Part shown: piece by piece, positions 12,281 through 25,689 of the stretch | Layout: each line of letters starts with the position of its first letter | Position numbering within the stretch: the first letter of the stretch is position 1 | The notes under the pieces: model-generated | Databases searched by the model: none | The model's input: only the letters and a program-made list of their open reading frames with translations | Told to the model about the DNA's origin: nothing | Position numbers and translations under genes: made by a program | NCBI GenBank assembly: GCA_900088475.1 | Contig: FLMG01000373.1 | Coordinates: forward strand, 1-63,454 | Direction: 5' to 3' | Length of the DNA: 63,454 nt | From: Hyphochytrium catenoides | Lineage: Eukaryota; Protista; Hyphochytriomycota

Positions 12281-13772
12281 TCAGACTGCTGGCGAACGGA
12301 GTTGAGCTTCTAGTTCTTCTGCTTGGCTGAACATGACTCGACTAAAGCTGATGCGGTTCTGAGGTGTGAAGTGATAAATAAGGCAGGCGGGTGTCGTCCA
12401 ACGGCACAGCTCTATATGCGCCGCTGGCTCAAGCTCGACTGCTGCCCTCAAAGAGTGGTCCTCTCTTTCAAACTGAGATGATGCGCGCGGGGTAGATGGA
12501 CCTCGAAGTATAGCCTCGAAGTTGCAGAAGATTGCGACTCGTTCACCCGAAATGTCTAGAGGCTTCACCCTGAGATTGCTCCATCTGATCCAACTAAAAG
12601 CCTCTGTGTACTTGTCCCTATTACAAAGTATCAAAGGCCAGAGCGAGGCGGCAGGAGCGAGGGAAGTATCCACAAATATCATTATGACCAGTGCCAAGAG
12701 AAAGCGCAAGAGCACGGAACTTACCAGATGCCGCCTGGGCTGCCTTCAACAGGAGGACAGAGAAGCTCTTGCGCCCCTCGTCCGGGCTCTTGGCCAACAA
12801 AAGGCAGCGGGTCCTGAAGCACGAAGCAGCCGTCATGGAAGGCGCTAAGGGCAAGATCTGCCTGGCCTTGACCCTGGCTCCTGTTGATCTCTATCATGAC
12901 GGAAGTGGCGGTTTGCACTCTGCACCGCTGTGCGGCTTGTACACTTTTTAGCTGGGTCGCATCCAGCTCCGCGGCGACTGGCAAGGAGTTTAGTCTCAAG
13001 CGGCGCTGCAGTGATCGATGTCGCTGCTCTGCAAGTAAGATTTGCCTTTCTAAGAGCTCGAAGTTCTCAGAAGAGAGGAAGAAATGACTTCTTTTGTGCT
13101 TCGTGGCGGTTGTGTCTTTGGCAGTCCTTTGTTTTTTGCCGTGGGGCGGCTGTTGCTGCCTTCCTTTCCTATGCCTCCGATTATGGAATCCAGCGCCTCT
13201 GCTAATATGGCGTTAGATGCTAACAAGAGAACTATGGCCCGAGTCTATACGCTCCTTCCGTAGTATCTAACTCTCGCTTGTCGTGTCGTGCCTCTCCTTC
13301 TTTATCGCCGCTGCTTATTTTTTTCTCTCTCTGTCTGTCTGCCTCTCTCTGTCTCTCTCCTCTGTCTCTCCTCTCTCCTCTCTTGCACACTGTGTCTCAC
13401 TCCATACCCCACTTAATCTCCCAGAATCTTTATACCATGTCACACCAATGCATCAACTCTAGGTCGGAACTACCTGCTCCGTTCTTCCCGGTCAGCAGTT
13501 TTGCTGCCCTCGCATCGCTGCTTCTCTGAGGGCATCGCAAAAATCGGGCTTGCAAGCGTCGTCGAGTCGTCTCCAATAGTGCCAGACAGCTGGCCATTAT
13601 TGCAGGACGCCATGAAGTTCTTCTGATCTGCACCGCTGCTAGAACATTGACTGTGAGAAAGACACTCTCCCTTCTTACAGTCCACAGCTGCACAATCTTG
13701 GCCCTTCCCTTCGCTTCGCTGAGTTGCAGAAGGAGACAAATCATCTGAACTCCATCCGAAGAGCGGCTCCAT
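12281..13772 (-). CDS. bZIP-like coiled-coil + probable NTF2/SnoaL-like domain protein, paralogue A, ~370 aa (exons 13772-13474, 13201-12725, 12617-12281)
   Basis: Two phase-2 GT-AG introns restore a 1113-nt frame, with a CTAAC branch site before the 13202 acceptor. LERQILLAEQRHRSLQRRLRLNSLP and LIYHFTPQNRISFSRVMF align with paralogue B. Exon 1 is less certain; domain names are inferred. Confidence 0.7.
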
Positions 13773-15087
13773 ATCTCTCTGACTGGGGTTAGGGCTTTAT
13801 TTCTCTGAGGTTGACAGGCAAGCGTACAGTCTTCAGCTAACTGCGGGCGACACCAGAGCTCAAAGCCAAGAGCCCAGGCCTGCGGTATCTCTTGATTATG
13901 AAAGGTGACGGACGAGTGGCGATACCATCGGCGCCGGCGGCAGCGGTTGAATTCTATTTGAAAGATGATGAACGAGCCCTGAACGGAGCTGCCCACACCT
14001 GGAAGAGAAGACAAGCCGGAGAGTCTTCCCTCCTTTCCAGATGCCTTTACCAGCAGGGAAGAGAGAAAGTTGCCTCTCAAGGGGAGAAGCGAGGAGGACA
14101 ACTAACTGAAGAGAAAAGGAGCGATAGGAAGGAGAGAGGGGAAAAAACCAAAGCCCCGTCGTTGCTTGGTCATTCTAGAGTCAGCAGCCCACAACGACCA
14201 TTAATGCACGCAGGCAGTGGTGGTTAAACCACCGTCACAGCAGCATTAATCGGCCCTCTCCTCCTTCCTTCCTTGCACCCATGGCTCCTCTTCAAGCAAG
14301 CGTATGAATGATGCCTCTTGTTCTTCGCTGATGATGATCATCAGCACACAGAGAAGAGGCCACGGCTCGTTCCCCTTGGTCCGTTGGCTGTTCCTGAGGC
14401 GTAGGAACTAGTAGGACCAGCCGCACCGCCACCAGAAAGAACTAGAGCAGGACCGGAACAAGAGCAGGACCGGCAGCCAGGTTCATCACCTGCAGCCAAC
14501 CTTTGTCTTGAGGGAGTACACGTGGACTGCGGGTTGGATGACGCTGATAACAGGGAGGTGACGGGGGCGGCTGCTGGGCCACGAGGTATTCTTGGCTTGG
14601 CTCGCAGATGAAGTGTCAACTTCTTCCTCGTTATCTCTCTTTCCTTTCTCTCTCCTGCCAGGCTGGCCGGTCATGCTGTGCCAGCGCCTTCTAATGCGGG
14701 GTGGGAGGAGTTTCTCTCACACTCTGTCTCCCTCCTGCCAACCTGCCCGCTCTTCTTTGGACGCCGTGCATGTCCTTTCTGTCTCTCTCTCTCTCTCTCT
14801 CTCCCAACCTGTTCCTTGTCTCTTAGACTCCGCATTATTCCGCTTTCGTTTTTGTGCCACATTCTCCTCCTTTCCACTGGTCGTCCCTCCTTCGCGGTCT
14901 CTCTCAATCAAAAACTTCTGCCCCTCTCTCTCTCTCTCTCTTTCTATTCCTAGTTCTCTTCACCCTCTCATTTCTCCCTCTCTCTCTCTCTCTCTCACAC
15001 TCAACTCTCTCTCTCTCTTTTTCTCGCTCTCTCTTCACTCTCTTCTCTCTCTCTTTTTTCTCTCTCTCTCTCTTCTCCCTCTCTCTC

Positions 15088-15091
15088 NNNN
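15088..15091. other. Assembly gap (N) within a CT-rich low-complexity tract
   Basis: nnnn in the sequence. Confidence 0.95.
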
Positions 15092-15106
15092 NTCTCTTCA
15101 CTCTCT

Positions 15107-15140
<34 letters not shown>

Positions 15141-16720
15141 CTTCACTCTCGTCTCTCTCTCTCTCTCTTTCTTCTCTCGTTTGCTTGTTGTACTGTGTCT
15201 TGCTCGGGGGGGGCCACCTGCTCCGCCTTTACTGTATTCTGGGAATTCTCAGATGGTACTGTAGCCAAAAGCTTCTTGGTTGCTAAAGTGAGGTGCGGTA
15301 GGGCGAGGTAAAAGAAATATCAGTACTTGGGAAAAGCACCTACCAGGCATTCGGAGCGCACAAAATCTCTGCATATGGTAGATAAATTGATCTTTAGGAC
15401 CCCCGAAAGGGTGGGGATTTTTACAAGAGCTAGTGCGGTACTGGTGAGAGGAGAAACCCCCAAGAACTATATCGCTGACTTAACTGGAGACAGTGCGCAC
15501 CGGACAGAAGAAAAAAGAGGTACCGCTCTTCTTTCTTCCAATCAGGTGTTTCCTCTTTGCAACACGAAGATTTCCCCGACGGATTTAACATTAAATTCGA
15601 TGCTGCTTACAATGTTAACAGGAACTTTTGGAAAGATATCATGAAATTTACATTGGAATGGGTGGGGGCTTGCCTTTATTCTTGCTTGATGTCCTGCAAC
15701 GTCTTTGCGCTCATCTCTTAGCCCCCAATAAATCATCTCTATCCGCTCTGTCTCTCAATGTACTAGCACTACTATCCGCAAAAGAGGGTCTCTCTCACAT
15801 CTACTTGGCTCTCCTTCTTATTCTGTCTGTCCGAGTGTCAGGTGAAGCTTCGTTCTTATGAAGAAGATCTTCAAAATCTTTCTCTGCCTCTGATCTCAGT
15901 TCCCATCATAAAGACAGGGAAGCGGCGGCGTGTCTCTCTTTCAACATTCGCAGCGCCGTCTTTTTTCTGGCGCACGGTCATGTGATTCCGGAGACAGAGC
16001 GCTGCGCGCTTGCTGCTCGGTGGCTGCTGTTGCTGCTTCTACTGCTCCTACTGCTCCGGCTAGCCTCCTAGTAAGCATCAACCCTTGTCGGTGTTCTAAG
16101 CGGCGGCGGCGGCAGACCACCCGGGCCTTGGATTATTGATCACTCGCTTTCCTCCCTCGTCTCGGCCATCTTCTTCTTTCGCCGCCGTTGTTCGCGCGTC
16201 TGTGCATACCGTTGCTCCATTAGACTCCAGAACCAATTCCATGGAGGAGTTCTATTGCATCCTTGCTATTACCCCCAGCAGGTCCATCGCGGAGAAGCAT
16301 TCACAAACAGCTGATGTAGAAGAAGGAGATTCGACGCTCTTCGCCCTATAAAGAAGACGGCACACTGAACCCACCAGAACATGAGGTTTTGGTCAAAAGC
16401 GCTGACAAGGAGCTAAACAAATCGGCGCGGCGGACATTAACATGAGCTTCTCAGCTCAGCCAGAGGCATCAACACAAAAAAAGTCCGGCTTGTATGATGC
16501 CTTCCTTCTTCCTATAGAGCAACCTAAAAACCTCTCTCGTTGGGGTGCTTTCATCTCGCACATTCTTCCCTATCGACCCGGCGCTAGCTGCTGCTATACC
16601 AGCGAACGTCTCATCCTGGCCTCGAATCATTGTGTCACACAGAGCTAGGTCTCGGCCTCTCCAATAAGAGGTCTATAGGAACCAAGAGACGCCGCCGGAG
16701 AAAGCTTTACCTGTAGTACT

Positions 16721-18203
16721 ATGACCAGCAAGAGCACTGCCCCTATCTCTGAAGGAGGCCACGGAAGAACATCAACGATTGCTGCTGAGGCTTTGCCGAC
16801 AAGGCCGACTGGCGAATTTTATGCGGCACTAGGTTGGCCAGAGTCAAGGGACTGGCAACAAGAAGAGCCCCTGCAGGAGGAGAGATGGGGAGCCATAAGT
16901 GACATCCCAATTCTCCAAACTTTGTTGACAGAAGCAGACCGGCAGCGAGAGAATCCTCTTCTGCGGTGCAGTGAGCAGTCCGAGGACGACAAGGGCACAT
17001 CTGCATCGAAAGAGAGTCTACATCGACACGAAGAGGATACCTCTATATTTCGAAGCAGTCAATCAATCTCTTCAAGCGCAAGGCGGAGAGAGTATCGCCC
17101 TTACTACTCTTCTACAGCTGTTCACCTCCACAACAGGCACTTACAAAACGAGCGGGCGGAGGAGGACAGTGGGGGTGACATTACAAAGGGCCAACACGTC
17201 CACCGCCAAAGACCGAAGAAGGCTAGAAAGGACAAAGAAGGGGTAGAAGGAGAAGCTGCAACGGGTCAGTGGCCTCGTCGCTCCACACTGCTACTTAGCG
17301 CTGACAGTTCTCCTTTGATGCTAGGTACTTTTCAATCAATGGCTCGCTCTGTTAGAGACAAAGAAGACGATGAAGGACTGCAAACCCCGCCGTCCTCTTC
17401 TGTTCTCGACGAGGGCGATGATCCATCGCTAGAAGAAGTTCGGCTTGATACGTTGCAATCGTTGAAAAGCATCAAGAACCAGCCAGTAAGGCGAAGACGG
17501 ATCCGATTAGAGCATCGGCTGAAGCCCCTAGAAGAAAAGCTCATGGCAGCTGAAGCGCGGCATCGAAGTTTGCAACGGCGACTGGCGCTGAATTCTTGCC
17601 CGACAGAAGAACCAGAGCGGCCTATATGCACGGACATAAGCCTTGAGAGAATTCGAACGCTTAGACTGTTCCAGCTGATGGAAGTGATGCGCAACGCTAA
17701 CGAGGGAAAGTATCATGAGGGGCTAAGCATCTATCACGAGAACTGTCTGGTCGTCCAGACCGAGATGCCCCGCATTCGAGGAAGTACTGACCACTTTTGC
17801 ATAGAGCACGAGTATAGAGGAGCCTCTGGCGTTGTGGAGCACTTGTAAGTGGTTTATGTTTGAGAAGTTCACATGCTCGCTATCAACATAACGTGTCTTC
17901 CACTATTTCAGGCTTAACTACCAGCGGACTTATGCCTATTCTCGATGGGACGATACCAAGAGGGGCATAAAGGTCTTGGATCCTCGAGCAGACAGGACTA
18001 TAGTCTATGGCGTACTGGAAGCCTCGCCGCGCGGGACTGACGAGGAGCTGATGCCAAGAGTAACCATTCCGATGGTCACAATCTTTGTCTTCTCCTCTGA
18101 GAATCGCATCTCCCACGTCCGAGCGCTGTTCAAGACTCCAGAGGCACCGGCTGCAGGCATCCAAGTTCCCTTAGCTGGTGGAATGTTTGATTTGCTGGGT
18201 TAG
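16721..18203 (+). CDS. bZIP-like coiled-coil + probable NTF2/SnoaL-like domain protein, paralogue B, ~471 aa (exons 16721-17844, 17912-18203)
   Basis: A 375-codon ORF is joined by a 67-nt phase-2 intron (TT|GTAAGT..TTCAG|G) to the 17976 ORF frame. Basic stretch KNQPVRRRRIR, then heptad leucines LEHRLKPLEEKLMAAEARHRSLQRRL; C-terminal TIFVFSSENRISHVRALF resembles an NTF2-type beta-hairpin. Confidence 0.8.
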
Positions 18204-18728
18204 TAGGAAGCTACTGGTCGGTAGAGTGACTGCACAGCTTGAGTCCTTATCCCTCCTTCTCCAGGTTTTACTCTGCCTTTGCCTGTGATATTATATCTAC
18301 AACTAGGAAGCCCTCTGTCTAAGAAAATAGATCTCGTTAACTCTCAATAGAAATGGGAGAGATTGTCGTCTTCCTCTTCCTAACAAAGATACGTCTTCAT
18401 TGTTATCTGTGACTAGTGCTCTGGCCCTGGACAGCTTCTCTTTTAGCAATAAGAAAAAAAAGGCAAAAGAAGCTTCTCAAGTCAAACTTGGCAGCTGGTC
18501 TGCAGTCATGAGAGAAATAGCAACAGACCTTTGTCGTCCTAGAGGGCCAACTATCGGCAGCCAACATCAAAACTACGCTTATCAGCTTATCAGTCTTTCT
18601 TACCATAAGGGAGGATGTAAGGGAAGATCGCCTGCCACACTCCGTCCCGTCTAACTAGCTTGAGACGCTTACTAGGCTGGTTTTTCCCCTCTCCTCCACG
18701 CTGTCCTATCGTTTCAGCTTTTGTCCTA

Positions 18729-20910
18729 CTAGATTCTGCCTGCTTTCTTAGCGGCGAGAGATGCTTCTTCTTCTGGCGGCGTAGCTATGACTCGACCTCC
18801 TTCTGCTTTTTCTCTTCCTTCCTTCCCTTTCATATCCTCTTTCTTCTCTTGTCTATCAATCATTCGGAACTCGACGTCCGATACGACTGACAAGAGCAAG
18901 TGTGGAGCTCTATAAAGGCGCAGCAAGCTCCTCACAGTGTACATCGCGATTGTCCCCAAGCCATCCAGCGCAAGACTTAGCGGCGACCGGAGTGCGGGGA
19001 TGGCTAGACTGGGTAGCCAGGGCTTTACAGCGTCTTCTGTCGGGCTGAGAAAGATAAGGTACAGACCAACACTGCCTTCCAAGAGCAGAAGAGCAACGAG
19101 GTGCGGCACAAGCCAGCGCTGCCTGCGCCTCACAGTAATGATCAGAGTGTCCTGGATAGCCATGGAAGAGAGGACAGCCACAGCCAACGAGGCCAGAACC
19201 CAGCATCTGTAGAGGTAAAATGTTAGTCTCGCTATTCTGACACGCATGGACAGCAGAGCAATCATCATGTCCGCGTGCAGAAAAGAACGGGTGCAGATGT
19301 CAGCAGCGCTAAGCGCGATCAATAATAAAGCCTCCTACCCATAATCAGGAGGATATGAAGAAAGTAAGCGCAAATAAGTAGCAGAGAGCACACTGATGAA
19401 GACAAGAACAAGAAAGAGGTGGTCGCAGGGTGACGGAGCTGTAACAGGTGGCTCGTGCAACGAGGACAGCCTCCGTATTGCTCCTTATTAGATTTCTTGC
19501 ATCATACCTGACATCCCAGTTTAATAGATGGCAGGCGAACAGAGAGAACTCTAAAAGAGAGATAACCATGACCACAAAGTCAAAGGACTGCACCAGCCTC
19601 AACAATAGAGTCGGGTGCGCCCTTGACAGTAGGAGGAGGTGCAGGCAGGAGATGAAGAAGAAGCAGAGGCCAATAACAGCGGAGACGGGCGGGTTGGCAG
19701 CTGCAGCCGCGCATTGAATACCAAGACCCAGCAGCGCGGCTCCTGCAAGCCAGTGCTCTCTCCCTGCAATCATGACAGTCCAACTCTGTTGCTCCTTTTC
19801 TCTTCTTTTTATCGCTAAATGTCTTGATGGAGAGGTTATGGTGGTCTCCGACCCTACCTGAGCACCTCTTTGACTTGCAGCCGCAGGACCCACGCCTGTC
19901 CAGCGGCAGCAGCAGAAGATGCGACTCCTAGTGATGACCCACCGCCGCCAAAGATGGTCCGCGGCGTCCAGACAGCAGGGTGCCTGCACTGGGTAGACAG
20001 CGAACTTGATCTTCCTTCTTGGCCTGGGGGACCTTGTATCTCTAAGACGTAATGGCGGGATGTGACATTAGACCTATGTCTTCAAACCCGAGCGCTTTAG
20101 CCCACGAACCTCGTCCCTGCCATCACTTCTCTCCCTGTGGCACACGGAACCGCCCTTGAGTCTTCACTTGCAGACGGAATGACGTTCTTTCCTGAATCCT
20201 GTTCGCTCTTGCGCTTTGGTCCTTCCTTAACGTCGTCCCTGCTGCTGCTGCTGGTGTTGTTGTCCATGATAGTGGCTGCCACATTGGGCTTCACCGCTGC
20301 TGTTGTCGGTACCTCTAATGAGAAGTGAGTCTCCTCTAGGACTTCAAGTGGCCAACGGATGCTAATGCCGGGTAGAACTCCGTCCTTCCGTCCGAGGCGC
20401 CTAAGGATAGTGAAGTTTCGCCAGAGCTGTTGAAGGTGAAGAAGAGAGAGAACGACGAGAGAGTCTGCGGCGATCAGCCATGGGCGGATGGGAACCTTTA
20501 TGAGGGTGAGCTCCGTTCTGTACATTCCTTGATATGAGCTGTCAAAGTACAGCTGCGCTGCTATCCTAAGGAAAGATAAGAGCCATGAAGGGTTAGCAGT
20601 CGAAGGATAGTAGGTGGTGTCAACCAGCATTGGTTCTTCCGGCCTCGTAGGAGAAGGATTTGTCATAAGACAAAGAGATAAGGAGAAACAGAAAGAGGCA
20701 CCACCAGGATGACAGACAAAAGGAAAGACACCAGCTAGACTGGTGATAGTAGGGAGCTAAGGTAAGAGGATGAGAGCAGGAATGATGATGTCTGACAGAG
20801 GACGAGAACGAGAGAAAGCAGAGAGGAAGTTAAAGAGAGAGAAGGACAGAGAAGACGACAGACAGACAGACAGACAGAGAGAGAAGAGGAAAAGAGAGAA
20901 AGAGAGAGAG

Positions 20911-20975
<65 letters not shown>

Positions 20976-21745
20976 GAGAGAGAGAAAGACAAAGAGAGAG
21001 ACAGAGAGAGAGAGAGAGAGAAAGGGAAGAAGGAAAGAAAATATAGGAGAAGGATTGAACGAAGCAGATAATAGGGATGGCCTCACCACATCATGGACGC
21101 CGACGTCACTAGCATTGCACCGATGCCAGTCCCTGTAACAACCTTCTCAGCTCCCAGGTGCGGCACTGACTCGCATATTAAAGGCCCGCATGCCATGACC
21201 ATAAGACCCACCACCAGCCCAGCCCCGCGTCCATAGGACCCGCTCTGTACATTCGAGTAGGCAAGCAAGGCAGCAGCTGGCAGGCACTGCAACAGGAAGA
21301 ACCAGCCTTCGAACTGGCTCAATAGGCGCCTTAGGATGGCCATCTGGAACTCCATAAATATTGCCGTGGCATAGAGAACGAAGCAGACGGCACAGAGCCA
21401 ACCGAGAGCGCTGGACTGCAGATGCGCTGTCTCATTCTTATCAAGCAGGTTCACGAAGAAACTAACGACAGCACCGAGCTCTATCACAGCGATAGACGCG
21501 ATGTATATAGGAGACCTCCTTACCCTACACATATAGAGCTTTGAAAGTTGAGGAGGCAGGAGTGTGTTTGCCGCGATGCCATCAATAGAAAGCTCCGCCG
21601 GCAGATAGTCCGGTGTTGGTCTCAGTGTCCAAGAGAAAGAAGCGTCTTTAGGGCAGGGTTTGGGGGCTCTTCCGATTGTTTCTTCCACGTCCACGCGGGA
21701 GAGCCTGGGCCCATGATGAGAGAAGGACGCCCACGCTTCCAACAT
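18729..21745 (-). CDS. T4: multi-TM family paralogue, ~708 aa (exons 21745-21087, 20565-20110, 20041-19508, 19206-18729)
   Basis: Spliced frame of 2127 nt. Motifs SWTLRPTPDY, QFEGWFF, PWLIAADSLVV, IRWPL, GRE, RAHP, SFDF, WDVR, QD, RSPLSLALDGL. Start codon inferred. Confidence 0.88.
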
Positions 21746-22932
21746 GCCTCCACAATATGTAAGAAGAGGGATAGGTGTACAGAATGGGAAGGAAGAAGAG
21801 AGATGATGGTCAAGTTTCTGTGGTGGCAAAGTGCATCCGTCAGTCTGCTGGGCTGGGACTTTCCTTGAGAGGAGCAAGAGAGGCGATAAGGGCGTGTGAC
21901 CTACCGCCTAGCAGCAAAGCGTGCGTCACGAGTTTGTTACCTCATCATTCATCTCTGCTTAGGCAGAAGGGAAGAAGTAGCATCAGAGACGAGAACCAGA
22001 AGGCGGTCAGCAGCAGCAAAGAGCTCAGGGCAGGTGTTTGTCGTATAGGATGAGGATCAAACAACATGCGCGTAGGTAGCATACTCATCCGCGGCCTGTG
22101 GTCCTGCCCACATTGGTTAATACCTTGTAAAATCCTGCACCAGGACAGCCTCCATCTCACCTCTATACGTCTTGATCATCTCTGCTGCTTCGTCCGTCCT
22201 CTATAGCCCAATCCAGGCTTTCTTCTTTCTTCTCAGGCGCGGTTCTTCAATCAGACAGAGTCTTCTGGGATCTGATCTGTTGGTTACTACTTCTTAGGGA
22301 TGTGGAGAGGGCCGTCCCTGTAACCGCCCTGGCCTAGTAGGGAGGGAAGTGGTAACAGCCAGAGCAGCAGCCTCTCACTCATGATCTTTGCTTCTCTCCT
22401 CCGTCTCCCTCGTTGATGGTAATTTGCTTTCTCTCCTGCTTACTAACCCATTGTCCCTTGTCAGTCTCCTCCTACCGGTGGTTGCTGCCTCCTCTCTCCT
22501 GTATGTAGGTAGGTGTTATCTTTCTCCTTTCCCTGCTAGTCCGTCGGTCGCTGTAAGAGACAGATTTTATCATTGTTATCATTGTTAATACAGGCAGAAC
22601 TGACGATATATAAGATGCGTTGCGAGCGCACTGATGAACGCTGTGACTGCTCAAGAGCTGGTCTACGGCGTCGAAGTGCCAAAATAGAGATGGACAGTGT
22701 AAAGAACTATGAACAGCAGCGGCGTGAGCTTGAACAGAAGTGGACAAGAGACATCTCTAGAAGATACGACCGCAGCTTCTTGGCGCGTCGTGCCGTCCAG
22801 TAGAAGTAGCAGATACAGTGAGTCTGAGCATGATCATATAGTAGGGAGCTGGTCTGTTATGCGTTCAGAAAGTGATAATCGCCAAGCGGCAGATGGAACA
22901 GAAGCAAGTGTCAGCTCACCGGCTGACAAGTA

Positions 22933-23283
22933 ACTGTGCACGTTCCAACGCTATTTAACGGGGACACCTAATGGGGGGGCCTCAGAAGACGATCGGCAAC
23001 AGTTTCCGCCGACGCCATGCCATGAGACAGCTGTCCCTACTCATCTGCGCTGTGAGGGTCTCTCTTTTTCCAATCTCCGCTGACGCCATACCATGAGACA
23101 GCTGTCCCTACTTATCTGCGCTGTGAGAGTCTCTTTTTTTTTTTTGCTGATGTGCCAACAACTAGCTCAAGCTGTCAAGCGTATCACTCATTAGTAGAGA
23201 AGGAGCTCGTGTCCTGAAGGTCACGGACCTTAGAAAAAGGCTTTGACTTATGCTATCGAGGGTTAATAAGGGCAGTGCACAGT
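22933..23283. mobile_element. MITE-like element with ACTGTGCAC terminal inverted repeats and flanking TA
   Basis: TA-ACTGTGCAC (22931-22941) ... GTGCACAGT-TA (23275-23285). Non-coding, ~350 bp, with an internal tandem duplication of ~71-bp period (copies start at 23011 and 23082). Confidence 0.45.
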
Positions 23284-23425
23284 TAATATATGTAACAGGT
23301 ATCGCCAGTCGAGGAGAGATTGGCGCATGTGCGCATTGTAGCCGCATCACTCAGGGCAGTCGCGTCTCTATGTAATCCTCCACTACACCCTCTCTGTCTA
23401 TTGTGGCTTCTGCGGGGAGAACAGG

Positions 23426-25689
23426 TCATCCAGACTCTCGTTCCCGACAAGCTCTAGGAGGAGGAGGTGGGATGCCACCTTCTACTGGGCGAAAGTGCAG
23501 TTGGAAATCTACGTCTGAGAGCAGGGAGACCATCCGATTCGGCCATTTGATGGAGCCCAACAAACTCCTTGCCGCGTAAATGATGATGGTCGTCAGTCCA
23601 TCCAGAGCCAGGCTTAACGGGGAGCGGCTTATGATACTCGTACCGCTGCTGGTGCTGACTGCTGATACCGGATGACCTCCATGAGGGTTAAGAAAGACTA
23701 GACTTAGACCACAGGCAACCTCTAGAAGCAATAGGATTGAGAAATGTATCCACAGCCAACGTTTGCGACGCTCCATGGCCATCACGATAGTGTCTTGCAT
23801 AACCATGGAAGTCAGGGTAGTCAACGCTAGGGCTGCAATGGCAAAACACCTGGTGGAGGTGAGCAATCGGAACAGCAGAAAATTGTTGGCACAAGCATAA
23901 CAGGGTCCCGTCTCCAGTTCGGATTCTTTTTTACCTGGAGTCCCAATGGAGCAGTTGTCCTGCAAAGACGAAGAACTCCAGGAGAGAGAGAAACATCACT
24001 ATGAAATCAAAGGACCGGACCAACATACTGACCAGCATCGGATGGGCACGTAAGAGAAGCATGAGATTGGCGCTCACAGTCAGGATGAAAGAGATTATAG
24101 CCACAATGAAAGGCCCGTGAAAGGCTTCCACACCGGCCTGGACGGCCACCCCAAGGCTTGCAGCCAAGCAAAGATGATGTTCTCTTCCCACTGTAAAGAA
24201 ACGCAGTGCACCTGGCGCTGTCAACGATGATGTTGTTGATTCCATAGCTAGTTCTGGCACAACCGATGGTCCGGCCCTTCCTCCTGTTCCTCTCAAAGAA
24301 GCGACGGCCCGTTTTACGCGCTGGTATTCGTTCAGGAAAGCTGTCCTCAGCAGCGCCAGTGTGTCATCGAAACCATCTACGGCGACGGGCGGTCGAACTG
24401 GGAAGCACCGGTAGCTGAGCATTCTCGGCGCACGTCTTTTGACATGTATGAAGACAAAGAGGGCGTGGCGTTAGAAGGGTATAGATAGCTTTTAGTCCAG
24501 AGTAGGTTCCAATATTGGCGCTTCAACTGCCAGTGGACTTTTCAACCGTTTACAATGAAGAAAAGTTCTTACCTCTCTTTGCTAGAAGTTGGCCTCGCCG
24601 GGGAACCGTTGTCTTGCCCCTCCTGCATCTGAGGGGTGAGGCCTCTTGGCCCGGAGCTTCTGCGGAGCTCTGATGGCGACATTTCCCCGATGTCGTCTGC
24701 ACCCTCCTCCCTAAGGCCAGACCCTCCTCCAGCAGGAATCTCTAGCGCTTCTCCGCAATCCTCAGCCGCCATAGGCCACTTAATGTTGGCAAACCTAAGA
24801 GTCCGCACAGGACCATGGCCTCTAGGTCTTTGGAGGAGCCTCACTGTTCTCCTTAGCTGTTTGAGGTGTAACAGAGTTATCACTACCAAGGAGTCTGCAG
24901 CAATGAGCCAAGGATGAATGGGCACATCAAACAGTGTGATCTCTGTCTCCTCGATGCCCTCAATATCCTTCACATAGAGCAGTCCTGCCATCCTGACAGA
25001 GGAAGCGTCAGTGTGGGCAAGAGGACAACGACTAATAAGACGGGCTTTGCCACCATCTCAGGCATGGTACAACAATAGTCATCAATGAAGAGAGGGAATT
25101 GGACCTCAAACTGCAAATGTACGTACCACAGCATTGACGCTGATGTCAGCAGAAGTCCCTCGATGCCAAAGATCAATGCCAACTTGAAAGCAGCAAGATG
25201 CGGAATGCAGTCTCCTACCAGAGGAACGCCTGCCATCATTCCAAGTCCCATTGCCATACCAGCCGCTCGGCCATATCGCCCTTTAGTTCCGTCCAAATAG
25301 CCGAATAGTGCAATGGGCGCCACGCATTGACCGAGGAAGAACCAACCCTCAAATTGGACAAAGAGACGCTTCAGTATCTCGATATGGAACTCCAATAGCA
25401 GAGCTGCTCCGTAGAGAGCGAAGCAGGTTATGCAAATCCAACCGGCGATCGAAGCTCTCCACTCTGTCGTTCCATCTCTTCTATCCAAGAAGATGAAGTA
25501 GAAGCTAACAAGCCCCACGGTCACAGTCAGGCCTAGGAAGCACATATAGTACGCTTTCCACTTGCGTACCGTTCCATTGTAGAAGGCTTTGGCTTGGGGA
25601 GGAAGTACAACCTCTGCGACAGTCTTTGTAGAGTCCAACTCTGAAGGAAGGTAACCTGGCACGGGCTTCACGACCCAATACCGAGCCAT
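23426..25689 (-). CDS. T5: multi-TM family paralogue, ~635 aa (exons 25689-25127, 24992-24573, 24435-23935, 23849-23426)
   Basis: Spliced frame of 1908 nt. Motifs RYWVVKP, QFEGWFF, PWLIAADSLVV, IKWP, GRE, RAHP, SFDF, WDSR, QD, RSPLSLALDGL. Confidence 0.9.

Noticed and set aside
15327-15730. Possible transposase fragment (GDSAH; FDAAY in another frame)
   Set aside because: The motifs are too short and lie in different frames; a DDE call cannot be supported.
23011-23140. Repeat-spacer-repeat pattern as a CRISPR array
   Set aside because: Only two ~60-bp copies with a ~12-bp gap, a eukaryotic context and no cas genes.
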